Below are positions 9,475 through 19,728 of a stretch of DNA of 64,000 nt, one piece after another. Both the position numbers and the translations under genes were made by a program. The stretch lies in NCBI GenBank assembly GCA_029855935.1, contig JAGSHN010000020.1, positions 32,001-96,000 of the forward strand. Reading direction: 5' to 3'. Under the pieces are notes generated by a model that had not been told where the DNA came from, did not search any database, and was given only the letters and a program-made list of their open reading frames with translations. This DNA is from Candidatus Thorarchaeota archaeon (lineage in GTDB: Archaea; Asgardarchaeota; Thorarchaeia; Thorarchaeales; Thorarchaeaceae). Each line of letters opens with the position of its first letter. The stretch's first letter is position 1.

Positions 9475-11367
9475 CTACCTGCGCACGACAAAGTATCCTC
9501 CAATGACTGTGATCACCGATGCCACTGCAACAGCTATGACCAGTGCGACGAGAACGGAGACTCCCGCAGAAGCCCCCTCGCCCGGGGAATACGAGAAGGT
9601 CTCGGTGGTCTCAGTTGGCTGATAGGTGGATGTTACTGTGTACTGTGGCGCTCGAAAGTAGCCGTCGTATCGTACAAGCTGCATGACAGTCCCCGGTTGG
9701 TAGACCGTCACAAAGAACGGCCCGCCTGTGATGAGATCATCCACGAGTGGGTTGGGATCCCACGAGGCATAGTCCTCGGGGGTGAGCGAGGACAGAGTCG
9801 CCTTGGGCAAGATTGGTACCATACCCACATCCACGAGATTCCAATACGAGCCGGGATAGAACTCAACAATGAGAGTGTAGTCCGACGCCTCAAGCGTTGA
9901 CTGGAGACTACGAACCTCATCGTGAAAGTTGCACTCCTCAGCCTCATAGTAGAAGTTGATCGAATAGGACACATCCTCAGCCGTGACTGGGGTGCCATCA
10001 GACCATGTCACGTTCTGAAATAGATGAAAGACGAAGCGGACTGCACCCTCCGGAACGGCCTCGTCATCAGCATGAGTGTAGGTCAGGTAGTCCGTACACA
10101 ACCACGGTACGGGGCTTCCGTCGGGTCCTATCAGGAACAACGAGTCGTAGAGGTCGCGAAAGACAGGCAGAGAGTCGAAAACAGAGGACGCCATTGGGTT
10201 GAAGGTGTCAATATCTGTTCCAATCGCCCATCTGAATGTCCCGCCGAGGGGACCGCCCTGGTCGGTCCTCAGACGGAGGAACCTGTTGGTGATCTCGGTG
10301 AGCGCTCCGTGATTCATCCGACTGACAAGCCCCTCGAAGCGGTTGGTCCTATGGGCGACGTAGGTGTAGGGCTCGAAGAGCGGAATGATTGGGCAGTCCT
10401 GCAGGATGATGGACTGGAGGTCCTCGGCCATTCCGGATACGGCCTCAAAGGACGGGGCGGTCACGAACGAATCGCGTAGAGAGTCGTACACCGCATTGGT
10501 GTAGCCCGCTATGTTCCTGTATCGATCGGTCGCAAGGTCGCCGGAGAGCTCATCGACGTACCAACGTTCGTCGGTTGCAGGAGGACTGGTACTGGGTGTC
10601 GAATACGAACAGGTCCAGATGCGGATGTCAAACCAAGTCCACCACTGAGAGAGGTAGCCAGATGGAGGGCTGTGATCGACCTTCACATCGATACTTATCG
10701 CCTCAAGAGTACCACCCACTGCGTCAGCAGTGTCGTACAAGAAGTCGGTGTCAGACCCCACATCGATTGTAATATGAAACGGGGTCCCATCAGGAGCGTC
10801 TCTGTAGCCGTCGTCATTGGCATCGACGAATCCTGCAGTGTCGAGCAGGTCGTTGGCCTCATCCACGTGTGCCTCATAGTAGGTCCCGCCCAGCCGGTTC
10901 TCGGCTGACAGTGGACTCGTGCGTGGAATGAATGAGTCGATGGGCAGTGCACCGCCATCGATCACTGAGGACACCATAGCATTCTTGTCCAATGCCAGCG
11001 CCACCGCTCTGCGAAAGGCACTGATGTTCAAAGGGTACCTCGTGCAACGGAAGAAGGCGCAGACGTAGAAGTCCATCAGGGCCGGGGCAACATCGACATA
11101 GGAGTGCCCCTGCAGGGTACCGAGGTACTGCGCTCCCAGAGGTATCCCGACGACGTCGACACTGTCGTCCAGTAGCGCTGACACCATCTGGTCGGTCTCA
11201 GCATACTGGCGATAGACGATTCCGTCGACAAATGGTCCAGTCTTGCTGAACTCCTGTGTCGACTGTGAGATGACAACTGTTACTAGAGGTGTCACAAGGA
11301 AACAGACACAAAAGACCAGTACCGACAATTCTCTGACGCTCAATTTCTGATGCCCCTTCTCTCTCAC
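9475..11367 (-). CDS. ABC transporter substrate-binding protein, family 5 (peptide/nickel), C-terminal TM anchor
   Basis: FRRAVALALDK, ANDLLDTAGF, DCPIIPL, TWSDGTPVTAEDV, GGPF. Signal peptide and C-terminal TM helix. Confidence 0.85.
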   Translation of the reverse strand: MREKGHQKLSVRELSVLVFCVCFLVTPLVTVVISQSTQEFSKTGPFVDGIVYRQYAETDQMVSALLDDSVDVVGIPLGAQYLGTLQGHSYVDVAPALMDFYVCAFFRCTRYPLNISAFRRAVALALDKNAMVSSVIDGGALPIDSFIPRTSPLSAENRLGGTYYEAHVDEANDLLDTAGFVDANDDGYRDAPDGTPFHITIDVGSDTDFLYDTADAVGGTLEAISIDVKVDHSPPSGYLSQWWTWFDIRIWTCSYSTPSTSPPATDERWYVDELSGDLATDRYRNIAGYTNAVYDSLRDSFVTAPSFEAVSGMAEDLQSIILQDCPIIPLFEPYTYVAHRTNRFEGLVSRMNHGALTEITNRFLRLRTDQGGPLGGTFRWAIGTDIDTFNPMASSVFDSLPVFRDLYDSLFLIGPDGSPVPWLCTDYLTYTHADDEAVPEGAVRFVFHLFQNVTWSDGTPVTAEDVSYSINFYYEAEECNFHDEVRSLQSTLEASDYTLIVEFYPGSYWNLVDVGMVPILPKATLSSLTPEDYASWDPNPLVDDLITGGPFFVTVYQPGTVMQLVRYDGYFRAPQYTVTSTYQPTETTETFSYSPGEGASAGVSVLVALVIAVAVASVITVIGGYFVVRR

Positions 11368-11577
11368 CTGTACTCTGGACGGCTACGAGTCCGCGTTCCG
11401 AGATATCACCGTTCTTGTGTTGGAAAGGTCACAACTCAATGAGCCATGAGAAACTAACAGCCGAGTCAGGTCCTCACAACCGAGGGGGACGGCCAACTGA
11501 TTCTCACCACCGAAGGGTATAAAACCCACACAAAGGGTTCGGGCGAGCAGTCAATGCGGCTCAGGGAAGTAGGTGAT

Positions 11578-13326
11578 ATGTCCAGCAAGAAGATGATGGG
11601 TGCTGCCCTCCTGACTCTGCTACTAGCGCTTCTGATAGTCAGCCCAATGATGACGCAGCGGCCTGTCCAGTCGGTGGCCGCACACCACAGGACCAGCTTT
11701 GCTCTTGCCGAGCTGACCATCAACCACCCGCCCGATATGACCTTCGAGAACGGGACCCGTGGCAAGAGAATCGTGTGGAACGCGACCGACCCTGACCCGA
11801 AGAATTACACGGTCACGAGGGACGGCGAGGTCTTCTCCTCAGGTCAGTGGTTCGGCGAGCCCATCATCGTGGACCTCGACTCCCTCTACGAGCAGAACCT
11901 GACCTACTCTCTCCCGCGGACGTTCACCTTTGTGTGCACCGTCTTCAATATGCAGAACCAGTCCGTGTCGGATGAGGTACTTGTCACAGTCATTCCTGAC
12001 GAGGCGGCGCCGATCATAGCCCAGCCAGAGAACATAAGCTATGAGGAGGGCAGCTTCGGTCACTACATCAGGTGGAACATAACGGAGAGCAACCCGGACT
12101 TCTACAACATCTCAAGGGTGACAGATGATCCTCAGAGCACGAACGGCACTATAGAGTACGGCGACTGGGACGGTAGCAACATATCGCTCAACGTCGATAA
12201 TGGCAACGCCACCCACTGGTATCTCTACACCCTGTTTCTCAACGACACGCTGGGCCACAACTCCACCAGCGTAGTCAATGTCACTGTCTATGAGGATCTC
12301 ACGCCCCCTACAGTGAGCTCTCCTGATGACATCGCATACGAATACGGTGCGAAGGGTAACCGCATCGTCTGGCACGTCTATGACAGCAATCCGAAGAACT
12401 ACACCATCATAATCACCTACACTTTCATCAACAAGACATACGGCTACCTTGACGAATCGCAGGTCCCGCTACAGAACATCACGCAACCCAACTGGGTCAT
12501 AGTTCATCCGACTGGCGACGACCTGATAATCGAGATTGACAACCTGTATGTCGGCAACTACACGTACAACATAACGCTCTTTGACATATACGGGCGCAAT
12601 GCCACTGATGCAGTCAACGTGACCGTATACTACGACCTGCGCGCGCCAGTCGTCACAGCCCCTGCGGACTATTCATACGAGGAGGGCTACACAGGTCACT
12701 GGGTAAATTGGACCATTGACGAGAACAATCCGAAATCGTACAATCTCACACTTGACGGCGATCTTCTCGAGGGCGGAGAGTGGAACGGCACAGGGTTCAA
12801 TGTCAGCGCCGACGGACTCTCTGTCGGCGACCACGTATTCAACCTCACACTGACGGACTACTTCAACCAGACCACCGTCTCGGCCGTTGTCGTGACAGTC
12901 GACCCGGACTCTCATCTGCCGATAGTCAGCAACATTCAGGCTCTCCAGTCCTTCCGGTCGGCAACGGAGAACAACGTCACGATACAGGCCTCTGCCTGGG
13001 ACCTCAACGGAATAAGGCTGATGCAGGTCGAGTGGCGTGTCGGCAACGATACCGGGACTGAGACAAAGAACATGACAAAGACAGACTGGGGACTCTACGT
13101 GGCGGAGATAGGCGCGTTCCAAGTAGGCACTGTCCTGTACTACAGGATACTCGCCACGGACAACTCGTCTGTGAACAATGTCAACACCACCGAGTGGATC
13201 AGACTGGAGATCACCCCGCTCGCAACACGGCCAACACCTGCGCTGGTCTGGGTGCCAGTCCTCGTCGTCGGAGTCCTCTCCTTCCTGGTGGTGACATATC
13301 TCTACGTCAAGACCCGCACACGATGA
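11578..13326 (+). CDS. Cell-surface glycoprotein with tandem ~95-aa Ig-like repeats
   Basis: Signal peptide; four repeats of P..P.DisYEeG..G..I.W...dsNP..Y.....W.G; many NxS/T sequons; C-terminal TM plus basic tail. AGGTGA RBS before ATG 11578. Confidence 0.75.
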   Translation: MSSKKMMGAALLTLLLALLIVSPMMTQRPVQSVAAHHRTSFALAELTINHPPDMTFENGTRGKRIVWNATDPDPKNYTVTRDGEVFSSGQWFGEPIIVDLDSLYEQNLTYSLPRTFTFVCTVFNMQNQSVSDEVLVTVIPDEAAPIIAQPENISYEEGSFGHYIRWNITESNPDFYNISRVTDDPQSTNGTIEYGDWDGSNISLNVDNGNATHWYLYTLFLNDTLGHNSTSVVNVTVYEDLTPPTVSSPDDIAYEYGAKGNRIVWHVYDSNPKNYTIIITYTFINKTYGYLDESQVPLQNITQPNWVIVHPTGDDLIIEIDNLYVGNYTYNITLFDIYGRNATDAVNVTVYYDLRAPVVTAPADYSYEEGYTGHWVNWTIDENNPKSYNLTLDGDLLEGGEWNGTGFNVSADGLSVGDHVFNLTLTDYFNQTTVSAVVVTVDPDSHLPIVSNIQALQSFRSATENNVTIQASAWDLNGIRLMQVEWRVGNDTGTETKNMTKTDWGLYVAEIGAFQVGTVLYYRILATDNSSVNNVNTTEWIRLEITPLATRPTPALVWVPVLVVGVLSFLVVTYLYVKTRTR

Positions 13327-13336
13327 GAGACTGCAG

Positions 13337-13873
13337 TCACCCGCTCGGAGCGCCGAGGCCTAACAGCCGGAGGACCATTGCCGGTATCTCAGAGCGATTG
13401 CTTAGGGTGACAGGTACAAGCCTGACGTCATCTCGGGCGCGGACTTGGTCCAAGAAGGGGAGCGACCGACTCTGGATTGTGCCCACTACCCGGCCCGTGT
13501 CAAGGCATCGAATCACCTCCTCCCTGAACGCCGGGGAGAACAGCTCCATCCTTCCGATCTCGTCCACAATGATGATGTGTCTCATCTCTCGTGCTGTCCT
13601 CATTGCAGGAACGGCAACCGAGTCTATATCCACGACATTGACCACGTATCTTCCAACACGCGGGCCCGAGCGGTTAGTCGCCCGAGCAAGAATACCTCTC
13701 CTGCCATCTAGCGCGACAATCTCAAAGCCCGTCCTGCGACCGCCCTCGCGAATCTCCGTGGAGTAGAACCCTCCGGCAGTGCCGCCGGGCAGCATCTCAA
13801 CGAGCCGCAATATGGCAGTAGTCTTACCAACTCGGGGCGGTCCTGTCAGGAGGATATTCAACGACCGTTTCAC
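13337..13873 (-). CDS. Nucleoside-triphosphatase (THEP1/NTPase_1 family)
   Basis: LTGPPRVGKTT, GFYSTEIREGGRRTGF, VGRYVV, IIVDEIGRMELFS. Confidence 0.9.
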   Translation of the reverse strand: MKRSLNILLTGPPRVGKTTAILRLVEMLPGGTAGGFYSTEIREGGRRTGFEIVALDGRRGILARATNRSGPRVGRYVVNVVDIDSVAVPAMRTAREMRHIIIVDEIGRMELFSPAFREEVIRCLDTGRVVGTIQSRSLPFLDQVRARDDVRLVPVTLSNRSEIPAMVLRLLGLGAPSG

Positions 13874-13878
13874 CGGAC

Positions 13879-14961
13879 TCAGCTGTCTCTCTGAACATAT
13901 GGGCGGGTGGCCTTGAACCTTGCGACGCCCATCACCTTGCGGACTGCCTTCTCGTCCAGCGGCTCGGCCTCAATCGCTCCTCTCTCCCTGGCCAACTCGA
14001 AGGCGGCCTTTCCCTCCTCAGTTCGGACGATGACCGTGGTCCACTCGTCGTCCGTGCCGATGTTCCCGCAGGAGATGTCGCTGTTCACCGCCGTGAGATC
14101 CGTGCAGTAGTGACAGGACGACGAGACAACGCCGTCAAGGTCCGTCACAGGCCACTCCTGAGTACCAGCGTTGGTGGTGACTCTGAACACTCCTGACGAG
14201 ATCTCCATCTTTGAGACGTTCTTGACATCAACTCCGTGATCAGTGAGGAACTGGGCCAGGCCCTCCCTGTTGAACGACTCCATACAGAACAGGCCCATTC
14301 TGAGAACGGTGACACCATCGTTCTCATCCTCAGACAGAGGCCCAGCCGGATGCCTTGCCAGACCAGCCAGTGCGTCGATGTCGCACGGTGTGCCCACCAC
14401 TGCAACTCTCCTGTGTCCTGCCTTCAGTGCATCAAGGAGAGTGGCCACAACGGGGGCGTGCGAGTAGATTGTGCCACCTGATCGTCTCGCCTCCGCAGGA
14501 CTGCTCACGACCTTGGCCTCGGGAGACCAGCGGTCCTCATCCGTCGGGCCAACCGCCACCACGGCCTCCACGCGTCCAGTCTCCAAGAGCGTGGAGAGTA
14601 TGGCCGTCACGACCCCGCCGTTCTGTCCACGGTGTCTATCGGATGAACAGGCCCGCCACACCGAGATGTATTGGCCGATCAGATTCACTGCACCATACGG
14701 TGTCCTCGGGCAGAACTCGTAGCAGAGTCCGCAGCTCTTGCACTTGCCCTCTAGTACGGGCACTAGCCTGCCATTGCTGTAGCTGAGAGAGAGAACCTGT
14801 TCGGGGCACACGCCGACACAGGTTCCGCACTCCACACATACCCCAGTGTCCACAACATCCTTCCTCAGTCTGCGAAACGCCCAGCGCCTGGTGTTCTCTT
14901 TGAGCCATTGTGCAGTCGTTGCCAAGCGATCGTCTATTGAACGAACCAATGGTGATCTCAC
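13879..14961 (-). CDS. Coenzyme F420 hydrogenase/dehydrogenase beta subunit (FrhB/FdhB family)
   Basis: Two 4Fe-4S motifs (CVECGTCVGVCP, CKSCGLCYEFCP), QNGGVVTA, VGTPC, GLFCMESF, CHYCTD...DISCGNIG. Confidence 0.88.
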   Translation of the reverse strand: MRSPLVRSIDDRLATTAQWLKENTRRWAFRRLRKDVVDTGVCVECGTCVGVCPEQVLSLSYSNGRLVPVLEGKCKSCGLCYEFCPRTPYGAVNLIGQYISVWRACSSDRHRGQNGGVVTAILSTLLETGRVEAVVAVGPTDEDRWSPEAKVVSSPAEARRSGGTIYSHAPVVATLLDALKAGHRRVAVVGTPCDIDALAGLARHPAGPLSEDENDGVTVLRMGLFCMESFNREGLAQFLTDHGVDVKNVSKMEISSGVFRVTTNAGTQEWPVTDLDGVVSSSCHYCTDLTAVNSDISCGNIGTDDEWTTVIVRTEEGKAAFELARERGAIEAEPLDEKAVRKVMGVARFKATRPYVQRDS

Positions 14962-15132
14962 TTCCGGACGGGTGAAGACGGGTACAACCCCGACCGTCTA
15001 TCGGTCGCGCACAGTCATCTGATCCACGCCGCGCGTCCGGGCGCGATATAACGGTTACTGAACGAAGACCGAAGCACTTCCGGTACGAAGATTTATCACG
15101 GAATCGCTGTTCTTCACACATAGAATGGTCGG

Positions 15133-15795
15133 ATGAAGAGAGAGATGAGCGAAGACATCCCTGACCTCCGACACGAGTTCTTCAGCTGGCGTGGCTTCTT
15201 CGTGGGCGGCCTCTTCATTGGCGCTCTACTCGTCATCCAGTCATACCTCGGTTTTCCTCAGGTCTGGCAAGGAGGCTTGGCGGTATACTTTGTGGCCTAC
15301 ATCATCACCTCATGCATCATAGTGGGTCTTGCCTCAGGGAGTGTCCTTGTCTTTCTCATTCCTCCTGACCAAGACGTCATAGGGGTAGCCGGACTGGGAA
15401 GCGACGACATCTCGCAGCACATCGCCCTCTTTCTCGTCATACTTGCACTCATCTTTCCCGAGCTCTTTGGCTTCATTCTATTCTACACTCTCTTTCTTCA
15501 AGACCCGTTCGCCCCGATCTGGGTCCTCGTTGCCTTTGCGGCCCCTAGTGCCGGCCTGACCGTGTCAATGTTTGACCGACTATCAGCAATCGAGAGAGAC
15601 CTCAGGCAGTTCTTCCGTGATCACGACAGGCTCGACCTCACCGAGCTTGAGTGGCTCCACGAGTTTGGCGCACGGACGCCGGTCTACAGAATGGGGATGA
15701 TCGAGACCGCCGCACGCAGGATAGAGGGCCTGAGGGTGAGGGGCAGCCTCGTGGTGAAGGATCCTCAGATGTTTCGCGTCGAGACAACGGGATGA
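15133..15795 (+). CDS. Hypothetical membrane protein
   Basis: About 4 hydrophobic segments and a soluble C-terminus. Confidence 0.65.
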   Translation: MKREMSEDIPDLRHEFFSWRGFFVGGLFIGALLVIQSYLGFPQVWQGGLAVYFVAYIITSCIIVGLASGSVLVFLIPPDQDVIGVAGLGSDDISQHIALFLVILALIFPELFGFILFYTLFLQDPFAPIWVLVAFAAPSAGLTVSMFDRLSAIERDLRQFFRDHDRLDLTELEWLHEFGARTPVYRMGMIETAARRIEGLRVRGSLVVKDPQMFRVETTG

Positions 15796-16401
15796 TTGCA
15801 GGTCTTCCCGCCCCCCAGAGGTCATAGACACAACTTGCCCCTGGTGTCGGGACGTGGTGCAGCTGACTCACCGAGGCGAGGCAGAGCTCCTGCGGAGTCG
15901 ACTAGGGTCTGACCAGAGGCAGACAGGTGCCCTGCCATAGTCCACAACTTGGGGAAATGAATACAGAAGCCTACCAATTGCAGGTGGACGGGTTTGAACC
16001 ACCGCGGCCACTGAGTCTGGTTCCGTCGCACCGACTGCGCCTTTAACGACAGCCCAGTGGGCATCAGATGAAAGAAGAGATGCCCTTGCAACGTGCCCAT
16101 TAGACACCTAGCAACTGGGTTCATCTTCAAGAGAGCGCAGCCAGCGTCCTGAGTCAATTGTCTGTTCAATGGGAGATCTGATTCCTACCACCCCCCTCTT
16201 TCGAAGGAGCAGCTGCAAGAAACCGGAGACCTGCAATGTGGTTCGTAGTACCCACCCGTAGGGATGTCATTGACCTGTGTGCAACAAGTTCTGAATCCGA
16301 GCTCAGGGGATTGAAGCCACTGCGCGGCCAGATTTGAGAGTTCTTTGAAGAGAGTTGGAAAAGAATAAGTAGAAACACACAATTGTACGGGGCAGATTGC
16401 A

Positions 16402-17475
16402 ATGCAGCCTGTCGCGCCTGGATGGACAGTAGCAGTAGTTCTTGCAGCAATTGCGGTATTCTGTTGTTGCATCCCCGGTTTTGTTCGATCAATACGCAGG
16501 GTATCCGCGACAGCGACAATTACAGGTTTTCTTCGCGACTACCTAGACCCCAGAAAGCAGTCTTCCAAACTATCATTCCTTGCATCAATTCTGCTTTCAG
16601 TCCCGCTGTATCTATACGTTCACTTTGAAGGCGGTCAGCTTCCGTGGGAGAAGATTGTTACAACGCCCTATTTTCTTGGGACAGTATGTGCAATTCCAAT
16701 CTCGGTGGTCGTCCATTTCCACTATCTTCGTTCACTATCGGGCGACTCTCTCGACGCCGTCTCTACGTCCGTAGCGTGGCCATTCATTGTCTTCGCCCTA
16801 GTCTTGACAGCAAGATTCCAAGTGCTACATCCTAGCTTTTCGATTGTATCTGGTCCCTTTCTTGGAATCTCAATCTCTTTTCTATCAGTGTTTTCGGGTG
16901 CTTTCCTCGTGGACATCTTTATGGGTGGAAGGTTGGATCGACTGTACGAAGAACTCCATGAAGAGATTGAAGCTGAAGCGGCAAGAAGGCAGGAAGAGGA
17001 CCTCCTCCGAAAGCGTGAGCTCCACAAGAGGAATATCGTCGTATTGACTGAAACTGTGCAGAGTATTGAGAGGGAGCCCAGCCAGTTTGACAGTCCCACT
17101 ATCAAGAATGCTCTTGCCGAGAGCGTACTATCTATCATCAACAGGGAGGGTGTCTACGTCCGGAGAGAGAGTGATGCCTACGAAGCGGTCATGTTCCTGA
17201 GTCTCCCGGAGGACTATCTACTATTCTCTATCACTTGTCTTGTATGGAGAGGCCGCAATCTCGAGTATGGTACTTCGGAATACAATGACTATCTCAAGAG
17301 ACTCCAAGAGGAAGTCCGTCTCTTCTGCGAAGAGACTTCAATAGACGAATCGACACTCGAAAGGATCGTGGAGGCTGCTGGGACTTCTCTTGGTGAACTG
17401 TTGAGAACGGCATTTGGACTATTGTCTCGCAAAGATATCTACAGGGACTGTTTCCAAGAGATGCAGGACGACTAG
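16402..17475 (+). CDS. Hypothetical membrane protein (about 5 TM plus helical C-terminal domain)
   Basis: 357-aa ORF with TM segments followed by a coiled-coil-like EELHEEIEAEAARRQEE stretch. Visibly more AT-rich than its neighbours. Confidence 0.65.
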   Translation: MQPVAPGWTVAVVLAAIAVFCCCIPGFVRSIRRVSATATITGFLRDYLDPRKQSSKLSFLASILLSVPLYLYVHFEGGQLPWEKIVTTPYFLGTVCAIPISVVVHFHYLRSLSGDSLDAVSTSVAWPFIVFALVLTARFQVLHPSFSIVSGPFLGISISFLSVFSGAFLVDIFMGGRLDRLYEELHEEIEAEAARRQEEDLLRKRELHKRNIVVLTETVQSIEREPSQFDSPTIKNALAESVLSIINREGVYVRRESDAYEAVMFLSLPEDYLLFSITCLVWRGRNLEYGTSEYNDYLKRLQEEVRLFCEETSIDESTLERIVEAAGTSLGELLRTAFGLLSRKDIYRDCFQEMQDD

Positions 17476-17743
17476 CAAGTCAGAGTCGGCGCGAGACTGC
17501 ACTGCGGATGAGGGTCCGTTCCTACTGCCCTGAGATGGAGGGACCCGAACTATGCTTCTCGCCCGTGGGGATAGCTGGCGTTGATACAGTCAGATGTAGA
17601 CTCGAAGACAGGCCTAGGAAACACTGGACAGCAGAGTATCTAGACCTCCGAGTATCTCATTCTCCAGTGATTGAACTCACCGTTGGCGTCAGCACAAGAC
17701 GCGGCCGGATCACCCATGCGATATGGAGGTACACGGAGAGATT

Positions 17744-18058
17744 CTACCCACCGTGACGCCTCTTCATATGCACCGCGAGACCCTCGGGTGTCCAGGCGAC
17801 CCACGCGCATTTCAGACACGTGTAGCGCTTGCTTCCCAGTCCGATTCTCGGCGGCGACTTCTCCTCAAGCTCGTAGATTGTCCCCCCATAGCCACTGCTC
17901 TTGCGGGTGACCACCTTGAAACGCTTGTCAAAGCATGTCCTGCAGATACCGAGCCTCTTCTGTGCGTCCTGAATGAAATTGTCCTCAAGAGTCTTCGGTG
18001 GCTCGAATGACTCTATCTCTTTGCCACAACTCTCACAGAGCTCAGGTATCTTAATCAC
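17744..18058 (-). CDS. Small zinc-binding protein with C-terminal C2H2 finger
   Basis: CESC...CRTC pair and YTCLKCAWVAWTPEGLAVHMKRRH (C-x2-C-x12-H-x4-H). Start placed at GTG 18058. Confidence 0.7.
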   Translation of the reverse strand: MIKIPELCESCGKEIESFEPPKTLEDNFIQDAQKRLGICRTCFDKRFKVVTRKSSGYGGTIYELEEKSPPRIGLGSKRYTCLKCAWVAWTPEGLAVHMKRRHGG

Positions 18059-18183
18059 CCGTCCGCGAAGGATAGTCCCGCAGTTTCGACGCCAAGTATT
18101 CCTAAATCCAGTATATGAATGGATTGGGTCCACACCTCGTCATCGTATCACGGAACACTCTCGACCTGGGGGCCAGTCCCCGC

Positions 18184-19728
18184 TCACTTAGAATCCGAGG
18201 CGTCACCGCTGTCCAATGTGGCAAAGCGGGCTGCAGTATAGAAGAGCTTGTCAATGCCCTCGCCAGTGATGCAGGACGTCTCCACAAAGGCGACTTTATG
18301 CAAACCCTCCCCTGATGACAACTCGTGGGCCAACGACTCGGCCCTCTTGTAGCCCTCGTCCCGGCTCACAGTCGCTCCCACCGACTCACCGCCCCTCATG
18401 TCAACCTTGTTGCCCACAATCACTATCGGCGGCAGGTGATCCAGTGAGGATTGAACCTCCTTCACCCAGAAGTCAATGGAGTTGAATGACCAGCGGTCGT
18501 CAACAGCATAGACGATCAGCACCGCATCGGTATCGCTATAGTACTCGCGCCTGCTGACTCCAGCCTTGGCTGCATCATCGAAGGACCACGATCGCAGCTG
18601 CACACGGTGAGTCGGTGTCTCAACAAGCCTCTGATAGACGTGGCCCGGTGTTGTCCCCGTAATCAGGGGATAAGAGTCCGACTCGGCGTGTAGCAGGGAG
18701 CTCTTTCCAACTCCATCCTCGCCAAGAACGATGACCTTTCTTGTCACCTCAGGCTTGATGACCCCATCAGAGTCGGTAATCGGCTCCTCAGCAACGACCA
18801 CACGCGCTGCAGATGCCCTCTCCGAGGTCTGTTCGACTGCAGCCTCCTTGGCCGCCTCCTCCGCGCTTCTGACAATCTCTTCAGAGTCAGCGGCGTGGGT
18901 CTTCTCTGACGCCTTTAGCTCTGCCTGTCCCTCGATCTTGATGCTAATCTCAGGAGCGCGTGGCTCTGGGGGGACTTCAAACTCGTCGCTTATCTTCTCG
19001 ACTGCGGCAAGGGCCTCCACGATGTCTCCAATCTCCTCGTCCGACAGCGCTCCAGTGACGACCACAGGCCTATTACCAGGTGTTGCTGCGCCCTCAGCAG
19101 TGGTCGGCGGCTCGGTCCTCGCGGCGGCTTCGTCAGACCCAGAGGTGACGGACTGTCCAGTATCGCTCTCCGTTCTGGCCGATGCTGTCGCCTTCAGCTC
19201 AACACTCACTCTGCCACTTGTCGCCACAGGACTCTCCTCTGAGGTGGCGGATGTCGGTCTCACTTCTCTCTCTGGCTTCACACTAGTCTGTGGGCGAGTC
19301 TCCGCAGTAGGGACTGATTGAGTATCTCCACTGGTCCCGGACGGGCCAACCACTGGAGACGCTGGTCCGGCCGGCTTGGGGACTGACTCCTCGGGCCCCT
19401 CCTCCTCGGGCCCCACAAGGATAGACCGCGCACGCGGCACGCCAATCCGAATGAGTGTCTCCTCGATGAGACCCGGCGCAAGCCTCTTTCCACGTGTCTT
19501 GAAGTAGGCAGAGACCTCTCTTACGACATCGTCGAAGGAACGTCCTCTGATCTTGATCTTCTTCTGAATCACACCCTTGTCGCGAATCTCAATATAGCCG
19601 ACAGCAAGCGTGACTGAAGTGGTCGTTCCCGGGACTATCAATGAAACCGCTTCCGCAGTCTGTTGAGTGGACCTAGCATGGAGTGCTCTGTCCGCGCCGT
19701 ATTTGACTGTTTCGAGATACTGCGTCAA
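18184..19728 (-). CDS. Ras/Rab-like small GTPase domain protein with N-terminal domain and low-complexity linker
   Basis: KVIVLGEDGVGKSS (G1), EYYSDTDAVLIVY, SFNSIDFW, IVGNKVD (G4), ETSCITGEGI (G5). P/S/T/E-rich linker. Confidence 0.85.
   Translation of the reverse strand: MTQYLETVKYGADRALHARSTQQTAEAVSLIVPGTTTSVTLAVGYIEIRDKGVIQKKIKIRGRSFDDVVREVSAYFKTRGKRLAPGLIEETLIRIGVPRARSILVGPEEEGPEESVPKPAGPASPVVGPSGTSGDTQSVPTAETRPQTSVKPEREVRPTSATSEESPVATSGRVSVELKATASARTESDTGQSVTSGSDEAAARTEPPTTAEGAATPGNRPVVVTGALSDEEIGDIVEALAAVEKISDEFEVPPEPRAPEISIKIEGQAELKASEKTHAADSEEIVRSAEEAAKEAAVEQTSERASAARVVVAEEPITDSDGVIKPEVTRKVIVLGEDGVGKSSLLHAESDSYPLITGTTPGHVYQRLVETPTHRVQLRSWSFDDAAKAGVSRREYYSDTDAVLIVYAVDDRWSFNSIDFWVKEVQSSLDHLPPIVIVGNKVDMRGGESVGATVSRDEGYKRAESLAHELSSGEGLHKVAFVETSCITGEGIDKLFYTAARFATLDSGDASDSK

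Noticed and set aside
15979-16070. Intact tRNA gene on the minus strand
   Set aside because: No complementary 5' acceptor strand or proper anticodon arm could be formed.
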